From Okamejei kenojei (Eukaryota): DNA of 64,000 nucleotides. The DNA is taken from positions 248,001 to 312,000 of the forward strand of contig JAVHYY010000154.1 of NCBI GenBank assembly GCA_035221665.1, given 5' to 3'. The translations under genes and the position numbers were made by a program. Of this stretch, positions 12,150 through 26,512 are shown in pieces; within the stretch, counting starts at the first letter, position 1, and each line of letters starts with the position of its first letter. A model generated the notes under the pieces. The model was not told the DNA's origin. It worked only from the letters and a program-made list of their open reading frames with translations, and ran no database searches.

Positions 12150-14940
12150 TCCAGGGTGACGTAGGCTGGGAGCTGAACATCCAGGGATATTCAATATTCA
12201 GGAGGGATAGAGAGAAAGGAAAAGGAGGTAGGGTAGCGTTGCTGGTTAGAGAGGAGATTAACGCAATGGAAAGGAAGGACATTAGCTTGGAGGATGTGGA
12301 ATCGGTATGGGTAGAGCTACAAAACACTAAGGGGCAGAAAACGCTGGTGGGTGTTGTGTACAGGCCAACTAACAGTAGCAGAGAAGTTGGGGATGGTATC
12401 AAACAGGAAATTAGAAATGCGTGCGACAAAGGCAAAACAGTTATAATGGGTGACTTCAATCTACATATAGATTGGGTTAATCAAATTGGCAGGGGTGCTG
12501 AGGAAGAGGATTTTTTGGAATGTATGCGGGATAGTTATCTAAATCAACATGTAGAGGAACCAACGAGAGAGCAGGCTATTTTAGACTGGGTTTTGAGTAA
12601 TGAGGAAGGGGTAATTAGCCGTCTTGTTGTACGTGCCCCCTTGGGCAAGAGTGACCATAATATGGTTGAGTTCTTCATTAGGATGGAGAGTGACATTGTT
12701 AATTCAGAAACAATGGTTCTGAACTTAAAGAAAGGTAACTTTGAGGGTATGAGACGTGAATTGGCCAAGATTGACTGGCAATTAATTCTAAAAGGGTTGA
12801 CGGTGGATATACAATGGAAGACATTTAAAGACTGCATGGATGAACTACAAAAATTGTTCATCCTAGTTTGGCAAAAGAATAAATCGGGGAAGGTAGTGCA
12901 TCCGTGGATAACAAGGGAAATCAGGGATAGTATCAAAGCAAAGGATGATGCGTACAAAGTAGCCAGAAAAAGCAGCATACCAGAGGACTGGGAGAAATTC
13001 AGAGACCAGCAGAGGAGGACAAAGGGCTTAATTAGGAAAGGAAAAATAGATTATGAAAGAAAACTGGCAGGGAACATAAAAACTGACTGCAAAAGTTTTT
13101 ATAGATATGTGAAGAGAAAGAGGTTAGTTAAAACAAATGTAGGTCCCTTGCAGTCAGAAACAGGTGAGTTGATCATGGGGAACAAGGATATGGCGGACCA
13201 ATTGAATAACTACTTTGGTTCCGTCTTCACTAAGGAAGACATAAATAATCTGCCTGAAATAGCAGGGGACTGTGGGTCAAAGGAGGAATTGAGTGAAATC
13301 CAGGTCAGTCGGGAAGTGGTGTTGGGTAAATTGAATAGATTAAAGGCCGATAAATCCCCAGGGCCAGATAGGCTGCATCCCAGAGTACTTAAGGAAGTAG
13401 CTCAGGAAATAGTGGATGCATTAGTGATAATCTTTCAAAACTCTTTAGATTCCGGAGTAGTTCCTGAGGATTGGCGGGTAGCAAATGTAACCCCTCTTTT
13501 TAAGAAGGGAGGGAGAGAGAAAACGGGGAATTACAGACCAGTTAGTCTAACATCGGTAGTGGGGAAAACTGCTAGAGTCAGTTATTAAAGATGGGATAGC
13601 AGCACATTTGGAAAGTGGTGAAATCATTGGACAAAGTCAGCATGGATTTACAAAAGGTAAATCATGTCTGACGAATCTTGTGGAATTTTTCGAGGATGTA
13701 ACTAGTAGCGTGGATAAGGGAGAACCAGTGGATGTGGTATATCTGGACTTCCAGAAGGCTTTCGACAAGGTCCCACATAAGAGATTAGTATACAAACTTA
13801 AAGCATACGGTATTAGGGGCTCAGTATTGATGTGGATAGAGAACTGGCTGGCAAACAGGAAGCAAAGAGTAGGAGTAAACGGGTCCTTTTCACAATGGCA
13901 GGCAGTAACTAGTGGGGTACCGCAGGGCTCAGTGCTGGGACCCCAGCTATTCATAATATATATTAATGATCTGGATGAGGGAATTGAAGGCAATATCTCC
14001 AAGTTTGCGGATGACACTAAGCTGGGGGGCAGTGTTCGCTGTGAGGAGGATGCTAGGAGACTGCAAGGTGACTTGGATAGGCTGGGTGAGTGGGCAAATG
14101 TTTGGCAGATGCAGTATAATGTGGATAAATGTGAGGTTATCCACTTTGGTGGCAAAAACAGGAAAGCAGACTATTATTTAAATGGTGGCCGATTAGGAAA
14201 AGGGGAGATGCAGCGAGACCTGGGTTGTCATGGTACACCAGTCATTGAAAGTAGGCATGCAGGTGCAGCAGGCAGTGAAAAAAGCGAATGGTATGTTAGC
14301 TTTCATAGCAAAAGGATTTGAGTACAGGAGCAGGGAGGTTCTACTTCAGTTGTACAGGGTCTTGGTGAGACCACACCTGGAGTATTGCGTACAGTTTTGG
14401 TCTCCAAATCTGAGGAAGGACATTATTGCCATAGAGGGAGTGCAGAGAAGGTTCACCAGACTGATTCCTGGGATGCCAGGACTGTCTTATGAAGAAAGAC
14501 TGGATAGACTCGGTTTATACTCTCTGGAATTTAGGAGATTGAGAGGGGATCTTATAGAAACTTACAAAATTCTTAAGGGGTTGGACAGGCTAGATTCAGG
14601 AAGATTGTTCCCGATGTTGGGGAAGTCCAGGACAAGGGGTCACAGCTTAAGGATAAGGGGGAAATCCTTTAAGACCGAGATGAGAAAGACTTTTTTCACA
14701 CAGAGAGTGGTGAGTCTCTGGAACTCTCTGCCACAGAGGGTAGTTGAGGCCAGTTCATTGGCTATATTTAAGAGTGAGTTGGATGTGGCCCTGGTGGCTA
14801 AGGGGATCAGAGGGTATGGAGAGAAGGCAGGTACGGGATACTGAGTTGGATGATCAGCCATGATCATATTGAATGGCGGTGCAGGCTCGAAGGGCTGAAT
14901 GGCCTACTCCTGCACCTAATTTCTATGTTTCTATGTTTCT
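12150..14940 (+). mobile_element. CR1 LINE with near-complete ORF2 (AP endonuclease + reverse transcriptase), two frameshifts
   Basis: Endonuclease motifs GDFN, LDW, SDHN; RT motifs QGSVLGP and FADD. Frame breaks near 13570 and 14225. TTTCTATG tail. Confidence 0.96.
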
Positions 14941-14944
14941 AAAA

Positions 14945-15616
14945 TCTACTTAATTATCCACAACACCATCTATCTTAGTATCATCCGCATACTTACTTAT
15001 CCAATTTTCCACCCCATCATCCAGATCATTGATGTACATGACAAACAACAGTGGACCCAACACAGATCCCTGAGGCAACCCACTGGTCACCGGCTTCCAA
15101 CCTGACAAACAGCCATCCACCATTACTCTCTGACATCTCCCATTCAGCCACTGTTGAATCCATCTTGCTACTCCGCCATTTACACCCAAAGATTGAACCT
15201 TATTAACCAACCTTGTCAAAGGCCTTACTGAAATCCATATAGACAACATCCACTGCTTTACCCTCATCAATTTCCCTAGTAACCTCTTCAAAAAATTCAA
15301 GAATGTTTGTCAAATATGACCTTCCAGGCACAAATCCATGTTGACTGTTCCTGATCAGACCCTGTTTATCCTTATGATTATATATATTATCTCTAAGTAT
15401 CCTTTCCATTAATTTGCCCACCACTGACGTGAAACTAACAGGTCTATAATTGCTAGGTTTATTCTTTGAACCCTTTTTTAACAATGGAAGAACATGCACA
15501 GTACGCCAATCCTCCGGCACTATTCCCGTTTCTAATGACATTTGAAATATTTCTGTCATAGCCCTTGCTATTTCTACACTAACTTCCCTCAATGTCCTAG
15601 GGAATATCCTGTCAGG
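14945..15616 (-). mobile_element. CR1 RT fragment
   Basis: NYRPVS, QHGF, DFSKAFDKV, QGSVLGP and YADD motifs across two frames. Confidence 0.9.
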
Positions 15617-16482
15617 CTAACGTTAGTGGAGTATCATAACATCGGCTGGGAAGGCGGATGAAGGCAGCAGCAGAAAATGGTCCCAGGTCGTCTTGGATTT
15701 ATTCCACTGGATTCTGATCCAGATCTGTCAAGGACCGTGGGGTGTCTGTCTGTGCACCAGTCTCCCCAAGTTAAACAAAGTCACGCACAGGCGTCCTCCT
15801 TGAGAGGATAGTAATACTCGTTTCGAGTGACCACTGATGATGATGATGTCCTCTGGTTCTCGATTCCCGTACTCTGGGCAAGAGACGCTGTGCATCTACC
15901 CGATCTATTCCTCTCATAATTGTATACACCTCTATAAGATCACCCCTCATTCTCCTGCGATCCAAGGAATATAGTTAAGCCTAAACTTCTCCATATAGCT
16001 CAGACCCTCTCGTCCTGGCAACATCCTGGTAGATAGTCTGTGTACAGTTTCCAGCTTCACGATATCTTTCCTATGACACGGTGCCCAGAAATAAACACAA
16101 TACTCCTGCACCTATTTTCTATGTTTCTATGTTTCTATGATTTGAGGAAAAAGAATCTGCTCAGGCCTTTTTTGTAGAGGGCATCAGAGTTGGCAGACCA
16201 GTCCAGATTGTTATCCAGGTGCACTCCAAGGTATTTATATGTCGGCACCACCTCAATGTCAGCCCCTGCAGCATTGACCGGCTGAAGGGGGAGCTTGGAC
16301 CTGCCAAAGTTAACCACCATCTCGTTAGTCTTAGTTGTGTTCAGGATGAGACAGTTCTCTTTACTCCAGGCACAGAAGGCACTGGTCAAGTTCCTGTATG
16401 CCTCCTCATGTCCGTTCCTTACACATGCCACAATCGCTATGTCATCTGAATATTTCTGTAGGTGGCATGTGTCAGACCTATA

Positions 16483-19400
16483 ATTTTACTTCGGAGTCAC
16501 GTGAGTGACTACGTGAAGGCCCGCCATCACGCATGCGCGTCATATCGTCGAACGCATTGCGGAGTGACAGACAGGATGAGCGCCGCTCCTCCAGCGGTTA
16601 GTTTAAAAACGGCCCGCAGGTGAGTAGTTACCATTCCTGAGGTCGTTGTCGGCTCTGCTAGTATTTTTCTTACAGAGCGCACCAAGATGGAATCGAGGCC
16701 GAAGTCCAAACGAGCCGTTGCCAAACTAGCTGCCGAGGACCACCAAGCGGGCAGCCAGCAGCGGTCGGGTTCTCCAGAGCTGTTGATTCACACCGCAGCC
16801 CCCAACTTCACGCCGCTACAACCCGTAGGAACTCCTCGGACTGGCGGCAAAGCCACCCGGAATTCGGGCAGGTCCGTTGACTCGGCTGGGTCCGGGCTGG
16901 AGGACACCCCGCCGGCGGGAAGCGACAGCGGTCGATTATTCCGCATGGAGCGGATGGTGGAGCAGTTGCTCCAACGTGACCTGCTACAGCAGGGGTATGG
17001 TCACAGTGTGTCTCCTCGCAGACCCACGGCAGCACCCTTTACAGGGCTGCCAAATGTCTCACCCTCCTCGCAGGGGAGCATAAGGAGTCAGAGCAGGGCT
17101 GATTCTGAAGAGGGGAGTGTGGCTGAAGAACCACCAATTCTACGGGTGCCAGAAGAGGAGCTACTGGGCATGGTATCAAAATTCGCGATGCCAACGTAAA
17201 AAGGACTGCCGTTGCAGCCGAAGTTGGCAGCCAGTATAAACTACATGGCAACGAATCAACTTCAGGAACAGGTCATCAATGACACCACATCCAAATACCT
17301 AGCTCCAGAGAATTGTGTCTCCCTCAACGTGCCTGCAGTCAACAACCCCATCTGGAGTAACATGAGCCCTGGCATCAGAAGCCAGGAAGTAATATTCCAA
17401 AGAATCCTAAAGCTACTGGCTTCTGGGATTAAGGCCGTTGCCAGGTCAGTGGACGGAGTGGAAATGTCGGAAGAGCTACAGGATGCCCTGGCACTCCTCT
17501 GTAACACTCAGTTTGAAATCAACTGTTACAGAAAGAGTGTCATCCGGCCTCCACTGAACCCCAAGTTCGCGGGGTTGTGCAGAACCAACAGTGCACAGTC
17601 GCCTACACTACTATTCGGGGACAACCTGCCGAAACAGGTAAAATACCTCGATGAAGAGGCAAAGGCAATAGACATGATAAAAGTGCCGGCTGCCACGAAG
17701 TCCTCGTACCTGCGGCGACAGCACCCCTATGCATCCACCAGCAGACCACGCTACCACAGCGACAGAACACCAGCTGGTGAAAGCTCGAAGGCCGTCCAAC
17801 CTGCCCAACGGTCTTTTTTAGACCATGCCCCAGCACGGCCTTCTTGGAAGATGCGCCAACCCCACACCACAGCGCCTCCACCTCCCAGGAGACAAGGACA
17901 GAGGAAACCAACGCAGCACCGCCGGTAATCATGGAGGTAGATGAATCTGGTTGCCTCAGGAACATTGTATGTGTAACTTCTTCCCGCATTGAGGGGCCGG
18001 GTGCACTCGTTTCGGGATGCATGGAGTTCTATAACTTCTGATCCTTTCATACTGCAAAGTATTCAGGGATACAAAATTCAATTTGTTCACAAACTTCCCC
18101 TTCCTGTTCAGTATGCACCTAGTCGAAAGTTTGTACTTTCACAGAAAGAAAAGGTAGCGCTCCTAGGATTACATACGAAAGGAGTAATTGAGAAAACCAA
18201 AAATGAATTCTCATGAGTTTGTATCGAACATCTTCACCAAAAATAAAAAAGACGGCGGATGCCGCATCATTATTGATTTGACACAACTGAATACTTTCGT
18301 GCAGTACGCCCACTTTAAAATGGAAACATTTGTTACTGCCAAACAACTAGTTTCCAAGAGGTACTTCATGGTTTGCATCGATCTAAAAGATGCAAACTAT
18401 TCAGTACCAATAGACAAAGATCAACGCAGATTTTGAAATTTGCCTGGATGAAAGTATAAAGCGCTGCCTAATGGATTAACATCAGCACCCAGATGGTTAT
18501 CAAATTATTGAAACCACCTTTAGCGTGTCTCAGAAAACAAAAACATATTGTTATGGCATACCTCTATGCCATTTTAATTGTGGGGAAAACCTTGGAGTTG
18601 GCCAAATTGGCTGTCTCAGCCACTGAGCACATTAAAAAACTGGGGTTTATCATCCATCCAGGCAAATCCAAATTAATGCCTTCTACCACTATGGACTATT
18701 TGGGATTCACGATTGACTCTGTTCATATGTCTGTCACTTTGCCACCGAGCAAAGCGTCAGACTTGATAGAGGCATGTAACAGCCTTGCTTGCATCAGTAA
18801 ACCATCTATTCGGCAATTAGCCAGGGTAATTGGGAAGCTTGTGGCTGCCTTTCCAGCCACACAATTTGGGCCCTTACATTACCAAAACCTCCAAAGAGCA
18901 AAAATTGCAGCACTCAAACAGCATGCTGGCCATTTTGACAGGCCAATGCAATTTCCAGCAAAAGCAAAATTGGAATTACAATGGTGGATAGACAATGCTC
19001 GACATTGCTCTAATCCCATTACAATCATAAACCCCTCAGTTGTATTGCAAACTGACGCCAGCGCTCAAGGCTGGGGAACACCTAATACAACCTCCAGTTG
19101 CGGTGGTAGATGGAATGCACATGAATTAACCTTACGCCCGGCACTGGAAATTAATCATCTAGAAATGCTGGGAGCATTTCATGAATTCCGGGCTTACTGT
19201 TCGGACATGCACCATCTGCATGTACGCTTACAATTGATAATAGCACCATGGTGGCTTACATTAATCATATGGGTGGAATTAAGTCGATATCTTTTGATGA
19301 ATTGGACAATACAATCTGGCACTGGTGCTTAGAAAGGAACAGTTGGATATCAGCTACTTACCTTCTGGGTAAGCCAAATACAGTGGCGGACACCAGGTCA

Positions 19401-22057
19401 TGCAAGTTTAATGACAACACCGAATGGATGTTGGACCACAAAGTGTTTGCTGATATCGTAGCACGGTATGGAACACCAGATATCGACCTTTTTGCATCCG
19501 GACTCAATCACCAAATACCAACATATGTTGCATGGGAACCAGACCCTGGGGCAGTAGCGATGGACGCTTTCTCGCTACACTGGGGGGATTTGTTTTTCTA
19601 TGCATTTCCCTCCTTCTGCCTCATCAGTTGGGTCTTGCAGAAAATTCAACAAGACTCCGCATCGGGTATTCTGGTTGTACCCGACTGGCCTACTCAGCTA
19701 TGGTTCCCTGTGGTACTGGACATGGTCTCAGAACCATGCATTCCAATACCCAAACGTCCGAGTTTACTGGTACATCCTATGACACAAACACCACATACGA
19801 CTCAGCCACCATTACGGAAGTACTGGAGTTTCTGGCAAGCCTTCATTTTGATGAAAGTTTAAGCTACAATGCCATTAACTGTGGCAGGAGTGCCCTATCC
19901 TCATATCTGAGACTAGGTTTAGATCATTTTTCAGTTGGGTTTCACCCTGGGTGTCTAAATCTATGAGGGGTATTGTCAAATACCACCAGGCCAAGATATT
20001 CCCAGACCTGGGATATTGGCATTGTGTTAACATGCTCAGAGGTTGGGCACCAGTTACGTCTCTTTCCCGAGCCAAATTGGCATATAAAATGGTAATGCTG
20101 ATGCCTCTCGTGACGGCGCAACGGGTCCAGTCCCTACGCAAGCTAAGTCTGGATGACATTGTTATATCCAACAATAAGGTAACTTTCTTCATTCAGGAGT
20201 TACTCAAACAAACAGGCCTGGATCATCTGGCCGCAAGTTGGATTTCCTGGCTTACCCCGTAGACAGCCGCCTATGCATAGTGACCCACCTTTTACACTAT
20301 CTGGAGGTCACCTAGTGTCTCAGGGGCACGGAAAGGGCACTGCTTATAAGCAGTGCGTTGGGGGGGCAGTGTTAGCTGTGAGGAGGATGCTAGGAGACTG
20401 CAAGGTGACTTGGATAGGCTGGGTGAGTGGGCAAATGTTTGGCAGATGCAGTATAATGTGGATAAATGTGAGGTTATCCACTTTGGTGTGAAAAACAGGA
20501 AAGCAGACTATTATCTAAATGGTGGCCGACTAGGAAAAGGCGAGATGCAGCGAGACCTGGGTGTCATGGTACACCCGTCATTGAAAGTAGTCATGCAGTT
20601 GCAGCAGGCAGTGAAAAAAGCGAATGGTATGTTAGCGTTCATAGCAACATAGAAACAAAGGATTTGAGTATAGGAGCAGGGAGGTTCTACTTCAGTTGTA
20701 CAGGGTCTTGGTGAGACCACACCTGGAGTATTGCGTACAGTTTCGGTCTAAAAATCTGAGGAAGGACATTATTGCCAAAGAGGGAGTGCAGAGAAGGTTC
20801 ACCAGATTGATTCATGGGATGTCAGGACTGTCTTGTGAAGAAAGACTAGATAGACTCGGTTTATACTCTCTAGGATTTAGGAGATTGAGAGGGGATCTTA
20901 TAGAAACTTTCAAAATTCTTAAGGGGTTGGACAGGCTAGATGCAGGAAGATTGTTCCCGATGTTGGGGAAGTCCAGGACAAGGGGTTACAGCTTAAGGAT
21001 CAGGGGGAAATCCTTTAAGACCGAGATGAGGAAGACCTTTTTCACACAGAGAGTGGTGAGTCTCTGGAACTCTCTGCCACAGAGGGTAGTTGAGGCCAGT
21101 TCATTGGCTATATTTAAGAGGGAGTTAGATTCCCTTGTGGCTAAGGGAATCAGAAGGTGTGGAGAGAAGGCAGGTACGGGATACTGAGTTGGATGATCAG
21201 CCATGATCATATTGAATGGCGGTGCAGGCTCGAAGGGCCGAATGGCCTACTCCTGAACCTAATTTCTATGTTTCTATGTTTCTATGTTTCACAAACGTCC
21301 TCATCACAGAGTCACCGTGCAAACCATTTCAAAATGGCTAAGGGTGGTATTGGGTGCAGCGGGGATGGACACTGATGTTTTAAAATCTCATTCCACCAGG
21401 GCTGCATCTGCATCGGCGGCAAGGATTATGGAAGTTCCTATGGACCACATCCTTTCAACGGCGGATTGGGCTGATGAGAAAACCTTCCAGCGGTTCTATT
21501 AGAAACCCGTGGCCGCGCCTGAGACGTTTGCAGACACAATTTTAAGTTCTGTATTATAATTTCCCCGAAGTAGGGATATTATTATCATTATTTGTTAAAT
21601 AAATACTCTCTTGTTTTTCAGCACAGTTTCATGTCTGAAATACGTTAACTTACTTCCTCTATTTGTCATTATGGCAGTGTGTGTGCATGGACTCGTTTCC
21701 AGGGCATGAAATCACAGAGCTTTAAAATCTTCACGTAGTCACTCACGTGACTCCGAAGTAAAGTTGTAAGATTAAACGAGAACTTACCAGTTTGAAGTTT
21801 GATCTTTATTTTATGAGGAGTTACGATGAGGGATTCGGTGCCTTCCGTTCCCAACCCTTTATTATAAAGGTCAACTGCTATGCTGGTTCTCTTAGCTTAC
21901 TATCTTAGTCAACTCTGTTATCTGTGATTTCACACCGCTGCTTTGAAGAATGACGCGCATGTGTGCTGGCGGGGTCTTCATGTAATCCCTCATCGTAACT
22001 CCTCATAAAATAAAGATCAAACTTCAAACTGGTAAGTTCTCGTATAATCTTACTATT
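16483..22057 (+). mobile_element. DIRS1-like tyrosine-recombinase retrotransposon (gag, RT/RNase H, methyltransferase-like, YR), degenerate
   Basis: gag-like ORFs at 16687-17928. RT/RNase H motifs IDLKDA, YLGF, TDAS, NTVAD. MT-like DLFAS/YAFP. YR motifs TAQRVQ and HSTR...TFQRFY. Inverted terminal repeats, an internal complementary region at 21729-21835, and ATT at both junctions. Confidence 0.93.
20352..21290 (+). mobile_element. CR1 3' fragment inserted into the DIRS YR gene
   Basis: Near-identical to 14020-14940; interrupts the YR frame. Confidence 0.93.
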
Positions 22058-23279
22058 AAAGTCTGCAGTATACAGGGTGAAGAGGAACGTGGCCAGAACC
22101 GTTCCCTGCGGGGCTCCAACATTGCACACCACTGTCCTGGAAACACAGTCCCCCAGCTTAACAAACTGTGGTCGACCGGTCAGGTAGTTGGAAATCCAGG
22201 CGATAAAGATTGAGTCCACTGCCATTATTCATAAAATAAATTTGTATAAAGTAATTCTCAATCAGAGGCAGCGTCTTTGTTATCTAATACAATTACAGAA
22301 ATGGACGGAGAAATGGTAGATGAGTTTTATTCCGATCAATTGTGAGGCATTGCACTTTGAGAGGTCGAATGTACGCGGAACGTGTATAGTTAGTGTTAGT
22401 ACCATCAATAGCATTAAAGTACAGAGGATTCTTGCGGTCCAAGTCCATAGCTTCCCGTAAATGACACTAAATTAGATTATTCCATCTCCCAACACGTCAC
22501 CGTTTGGCAATCTATGCAGGGCTAAAATTCGTACTTCACCTAGGATAGTGTGTTTATGGTGCTTAAACTTTCACTCGATCAGTTTTCACATTCAAAGCAG
22601 GATTATCCAACATTTTCCTCACGTCCAAAGTGAACCCACTGTTAGGTACCCCCCCCCCCCCCCCCCGTGAATGCTATGTACTTAACTCTTCCGTTTCTCT
22701 CCTGAGGTCAGGCCCCGTGGCTGGGAGTCAGGAATCAAGGGGTTAAGGGCTCCTGTACCCGATTGGCCAAGCTGCGTCAGGTGACGGTGACTCATTGAAA
22801 GCTTAAATACCAGAATCTCCCAGAATTCTCTCTCTCTTCATCGACCCTGGCCCGTGTGCAGGTTGCTGGTGTGAATTGCAGGAGGCCTGGCCACATGGCA
22901 TAGAACTTTGTGTATTATTAGCTACATTTGTTAATTAATATTGAATTGGGACAGATGAGGGCTGACCTGAGGGTTTTCGTGTATTTTGTTTCAGGGTTAT
23001 TTCCATTTAGGCAGGTTAGAGATTCTAGTTCGACGGCCCATTGCGAGGCTGGCTAGAGCACTGTTATCTTTGTTTATTAGTGTATTCTTGTCCTTGTCTG
23101 GGTTGTTTGGATCAGGTTTGGGTTTTACAAAATAAAAGACTATTTTCTTAAACTTGAGCCTGGTTTTTGACTATGTTACGCGACTCTGAAGTACCTGCAT
23201 TCGGGAGTCGTAACAAAATGGGGCTCGTCCTAAGCTTTGAGGACCTTAGAGAGTCTTGGGTTTTTTTTGGTAGGTTTCT

Positions 23280-23410
23280 GGTGACTGAGGAAGTCTGTGT
23301 TGTGAGGTGACTGAGGAAGTCTGTGTTGTGAGGTGACTGAGGAATTCTGTGTTGTGAGGAGATTTTTTTCCGTTTGTGGTAACATTTTTTTCCGTTTGTG
23401 GTAACATTTT
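23280..23410 (+). repeat. Short tandem repeats in the LTR-element leader
   Basis: ~26-nt GGTGACTGAGGAAGTCTGTGTTGTGA x3, then a ~22-nt TTTTTTCCGTTTGTGGTAACAT unit x2. Confidence 0.85.
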
Positions 23411-23577
23411 TGACCAGGTTTGGCTGGTAGTTTGGCCCTACATTCGATATGGAGTTTAAAGTACAGGAATTTGCTGAGGCTCCTAGTCGGGAGTTCTTTG
23501 ATAAATGTACCAAGGAGCATTTGTGTATGCCTATTTGTGTGCCTATTGATAAGCATTTGAAGAAATAGGCTATACAG

Positions 23578-26082
23578 TTGGAGTTATGGTCTGCATTGGT
23601 GAGGAGTGGGCTATTGCCTGCTGGTGCAGATAGTCCTCTATCTTCTACACAGCCTCGTCAGGACATGGGGGACCTCATTCGATTGAAGGAGTTAGAGCTT
23701 GAAATGAAAAAGATGGCGTTAGTGCTTGAAAGGAAAAAGGAGAAGGCCTTAAAAGAGAAAGAGCTCATGCTCCCATCAGAGCTTGAAATGAAAAAGGAGG
23801 AGAGGGCCATGAAAGAGAAAGAGCTCATGCTCCAATCAGAGCTTGAAATGAAAAAGGAGGAGAGGGCCTTAAAAGAGAAAGAGCCCATGCTCCAATCAGA
23901 GCTTGAAATGAAAAAGGAGGAGAGGGCCTTAGGAGAGAAAGAGCATGAAATGAGAGAGAAAGAGCTCATGCTTGAAATGAAACGCCTTGAGCTGCAGGAG
24001 AAGGAATTGAATGCCTCCCGAGTTTCTTCTAGGGAACAGGAGTTTGATATGAGCAAGAACATCCGCCTGGTTTCCCCGTTTAATGAGAAGGATGTGGACA
24101 AGTATTTTGCAGTGTTTGAACGGACGGCTTCGTCCTTGAAGTGGCCTAGGGACATGTGGTCCTTGCAGTTGCAGAGTGTCCTTGTGGGTAAAGCACAGGA
24201 GGTGTACTCGTCTTTATCTGTTGACAACAGTCGGGACTATGAGTGTGTGAAGTCTACGGTATTAAGGGCTTATGAACTAGTTCCAGAGGCGTACCGGCAG
24301 AAGTTCCGGCTCTTTAGGAAGTTTGATAGTCAGACTTATGTGGAGTTTGCTTGGGAGAAGGAGGCACTTTTTGACAGGTGGTGCGCTTCTCAAGGAGTGA
24401 AGGATTTTGAGCTGCTGCGGGCCTTGATTATTATGGAAGACTTTAAGAACTGTATCCCTGAGAGGGTTGCTACTTACCTTAATGAGCTCAATGTGAAGGA
24501 GGTGTCTAAGGCAGCAGTGTTAGCAGATGAGTATGTATTGACTCATAAAATTGAGTTTGTTGGGCGATCCTATAGTTTTGGTGCATTAAATCGTGGTGGT
24601 GTCGCCTGTGGCAGTGTCAAAGCTGTTTCTGAGCCTGCTAGCGTCAGCACATTGATACAGGGGGAGGTCCGAGCTGATAAGGTTGACGGAGATTTCAGGA
24701 CTAAGGAAGGGCCTGTGTGCTACTATTGTAAAGGGAGAGGGCACATCTTAAAGTCGTGTCCCGTCCTGCAAAGGAAAAATGCAAAGGCTGTGGCTTTGGT
24801 GGGTACACAAAGAGCACTTGTGGTTCCTGGGATGCCTGCGTATGATGAGTGTAGGAATTATTCGGTGTTCATCACGAAAGGTTTTGTTTCTCTAGAGGAT
24901 GGGGGTCATAGAGTTCCAGTATCCAGCTTGCGTGATACTGGTGCTACTCTGTCCTTTATATTGGATAGTGTACTGCCGTTTTCTGGGGAGTCATCGGTTG
25001 GGTCCAGTGTCCCTGTGGTAGGATTCGGGTTGGATGACATGGTAGTGCCTTTGAATACCGTGATTCTCGAGTCCGAGTTGGTTTCAGGCCGGGTAATTGT
25101 TGGGTTACGGCCGTGTTTTCCCGTTGCGGGAGTTTCTGTGATTTTGGGGAATGACTTGGCAGGAGGTAGAATTTTAATTACTCCTGAGGTGATGGCTGTT
25201 CCGATGGTGCAGAGTCCTGATATATTGGCTATGCAGCATCCGACGGTTTTCACAGCTTGTGCTGTCACAATGGCTATGGCTAAGAGCCAGGCAAAGTTTG
25301 AAGATGTAGTGGACCTGAGTGAGAGCATTTTTGGGGAGCAGGATGATGGATCCTGTGTTGTGGAGGGTGTTTCTACATCTCAAGATGGGGTCTTGTCTGA
25401 AAAGGTGCCGGTGTCACTGTCACGTGACCGGCTGGTTGAGGAGCAAAAGAGTGATCCAGGTTTATGGGATCTGTTCGACTGCGCGGTGCCTGAGGGGGAT
25501 ATGTATTCCACAGCAAAGGGGTATTTTCTGAGGAATGGCTTACTGATGCGAAAGTGGTCTCCCTTGGATATGTCAGGGCAGGATGATTGGAGCGTGGTTG
25601 ATCAGATTGTCATACCTCGTTGGTGTAGGGACGAGATACTCTGTTTGGTTCATGATGGACCTCTGGGTGGACATTTGGGGGTCAATAAGACGTATGACTG
25701 TATCTTCCGGAATTTTTTTTGGCCAGGGTTGAACAAGGACATGAAGCAGCACTGCAGGTGTTGTCACATTTGCCAGGTGGCAGGAAAGCCGAACCAATCG
25801 ATTGTTCCTGCGCCTTTATATCCAATCCCTGTGGCCGGGGAGCCCTTTGAACGGATTGTAGTTGATTGTGTGGGTCCACTACCTCGGGCGAGGGTGGGCA
25901 ACAAGTTTTTATTGACAATTATGTTTGCGTCTACCCGATTTCCGGAGGTGGTCCCTTTGCGTAACATTACTGCCCCTACCATTGTGAAGGCTCTCACTAA
26001 GTTTTTTCATTGTTCGGTTTGTCCAAGGTGGTGCAGAGTGACCAAGGTTCCAACTTCATGTCAAAGGTTTTTGGTCAGGTAA
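23578..26082 (+). pseudogene. gypsy gag-protease-integrase polyprotein ORF (frameshifted in integrase)
   Basis: 834-aa ORF containing CYYCKGRGHILKSC, DTGA, GGHLG...CHICQ and VDCVGP; continues in another frame (SDQGSNF...ERFHQTLK). Confidence 0.9.
23694..23985 (+). repeat. 60-bp coding tandem repeat (ELEMKKEERALKEKELMLQS-like) in the gag coiled coil
   Basis: About 4.5 directly visible 60-nt units. Confidence 0.9.
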
Positions 26083-26512
26083 TGAAGTTGTTAGATATTG
26101 AGCATTGTTACTCCAGTGCATATCATCTTGAGAGCCAGGGAGCTCTTGAGCGGTTTCACCAGACTTTGAAATCCATGTTGAGGACTTACTGCCTGGAGTT
26201 TGACAAAGACTGGGATGAGGGGGTTCATCTCGTTATGTTTGCGGTGCGTGAGGTCGTGCAGGAGTCTTTAAGATTCAGTCCTGCTGACCTGGTGTTCGCG
26301 CACACTGTTCGTTGTCCGTTGAGGGTCCTGAAGGAGAAATGGTTGCAGGAGAATTCGAAACGTTGTATTTTAAACCACGTCTGTAATTTTTGGTCTAGAC
26401 TGCGGAGGGCATGCGTACTGGCAATGGGTAATCTTGCCTCTGCTCAGTCTAGGATGGGGGGCTGGTTCGACGGGAGGCTTCTAGTAGGATTTTTTCTCCA
26501 GGTGACAAAGTC

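Larger units (their letters stand above)
16135..22225 (-). mobile_element. Rex1/Babar-type LINE RT fragment split by the DIRS insertion (pieces 16135-16482 and 22058-22225)
   Basis: The two pieces rejoin in frame as GAPQGTVLA...LYTADFN|YRSDTCHLQKYSDD. Confidence 0.85.

Noticed and set aside
23280-23410. Short repeats resembling a CRISPR-like array
   Set aside because: Head-to-tail tandem repeats without unique spacers, inside a eukaryotic LTR element.
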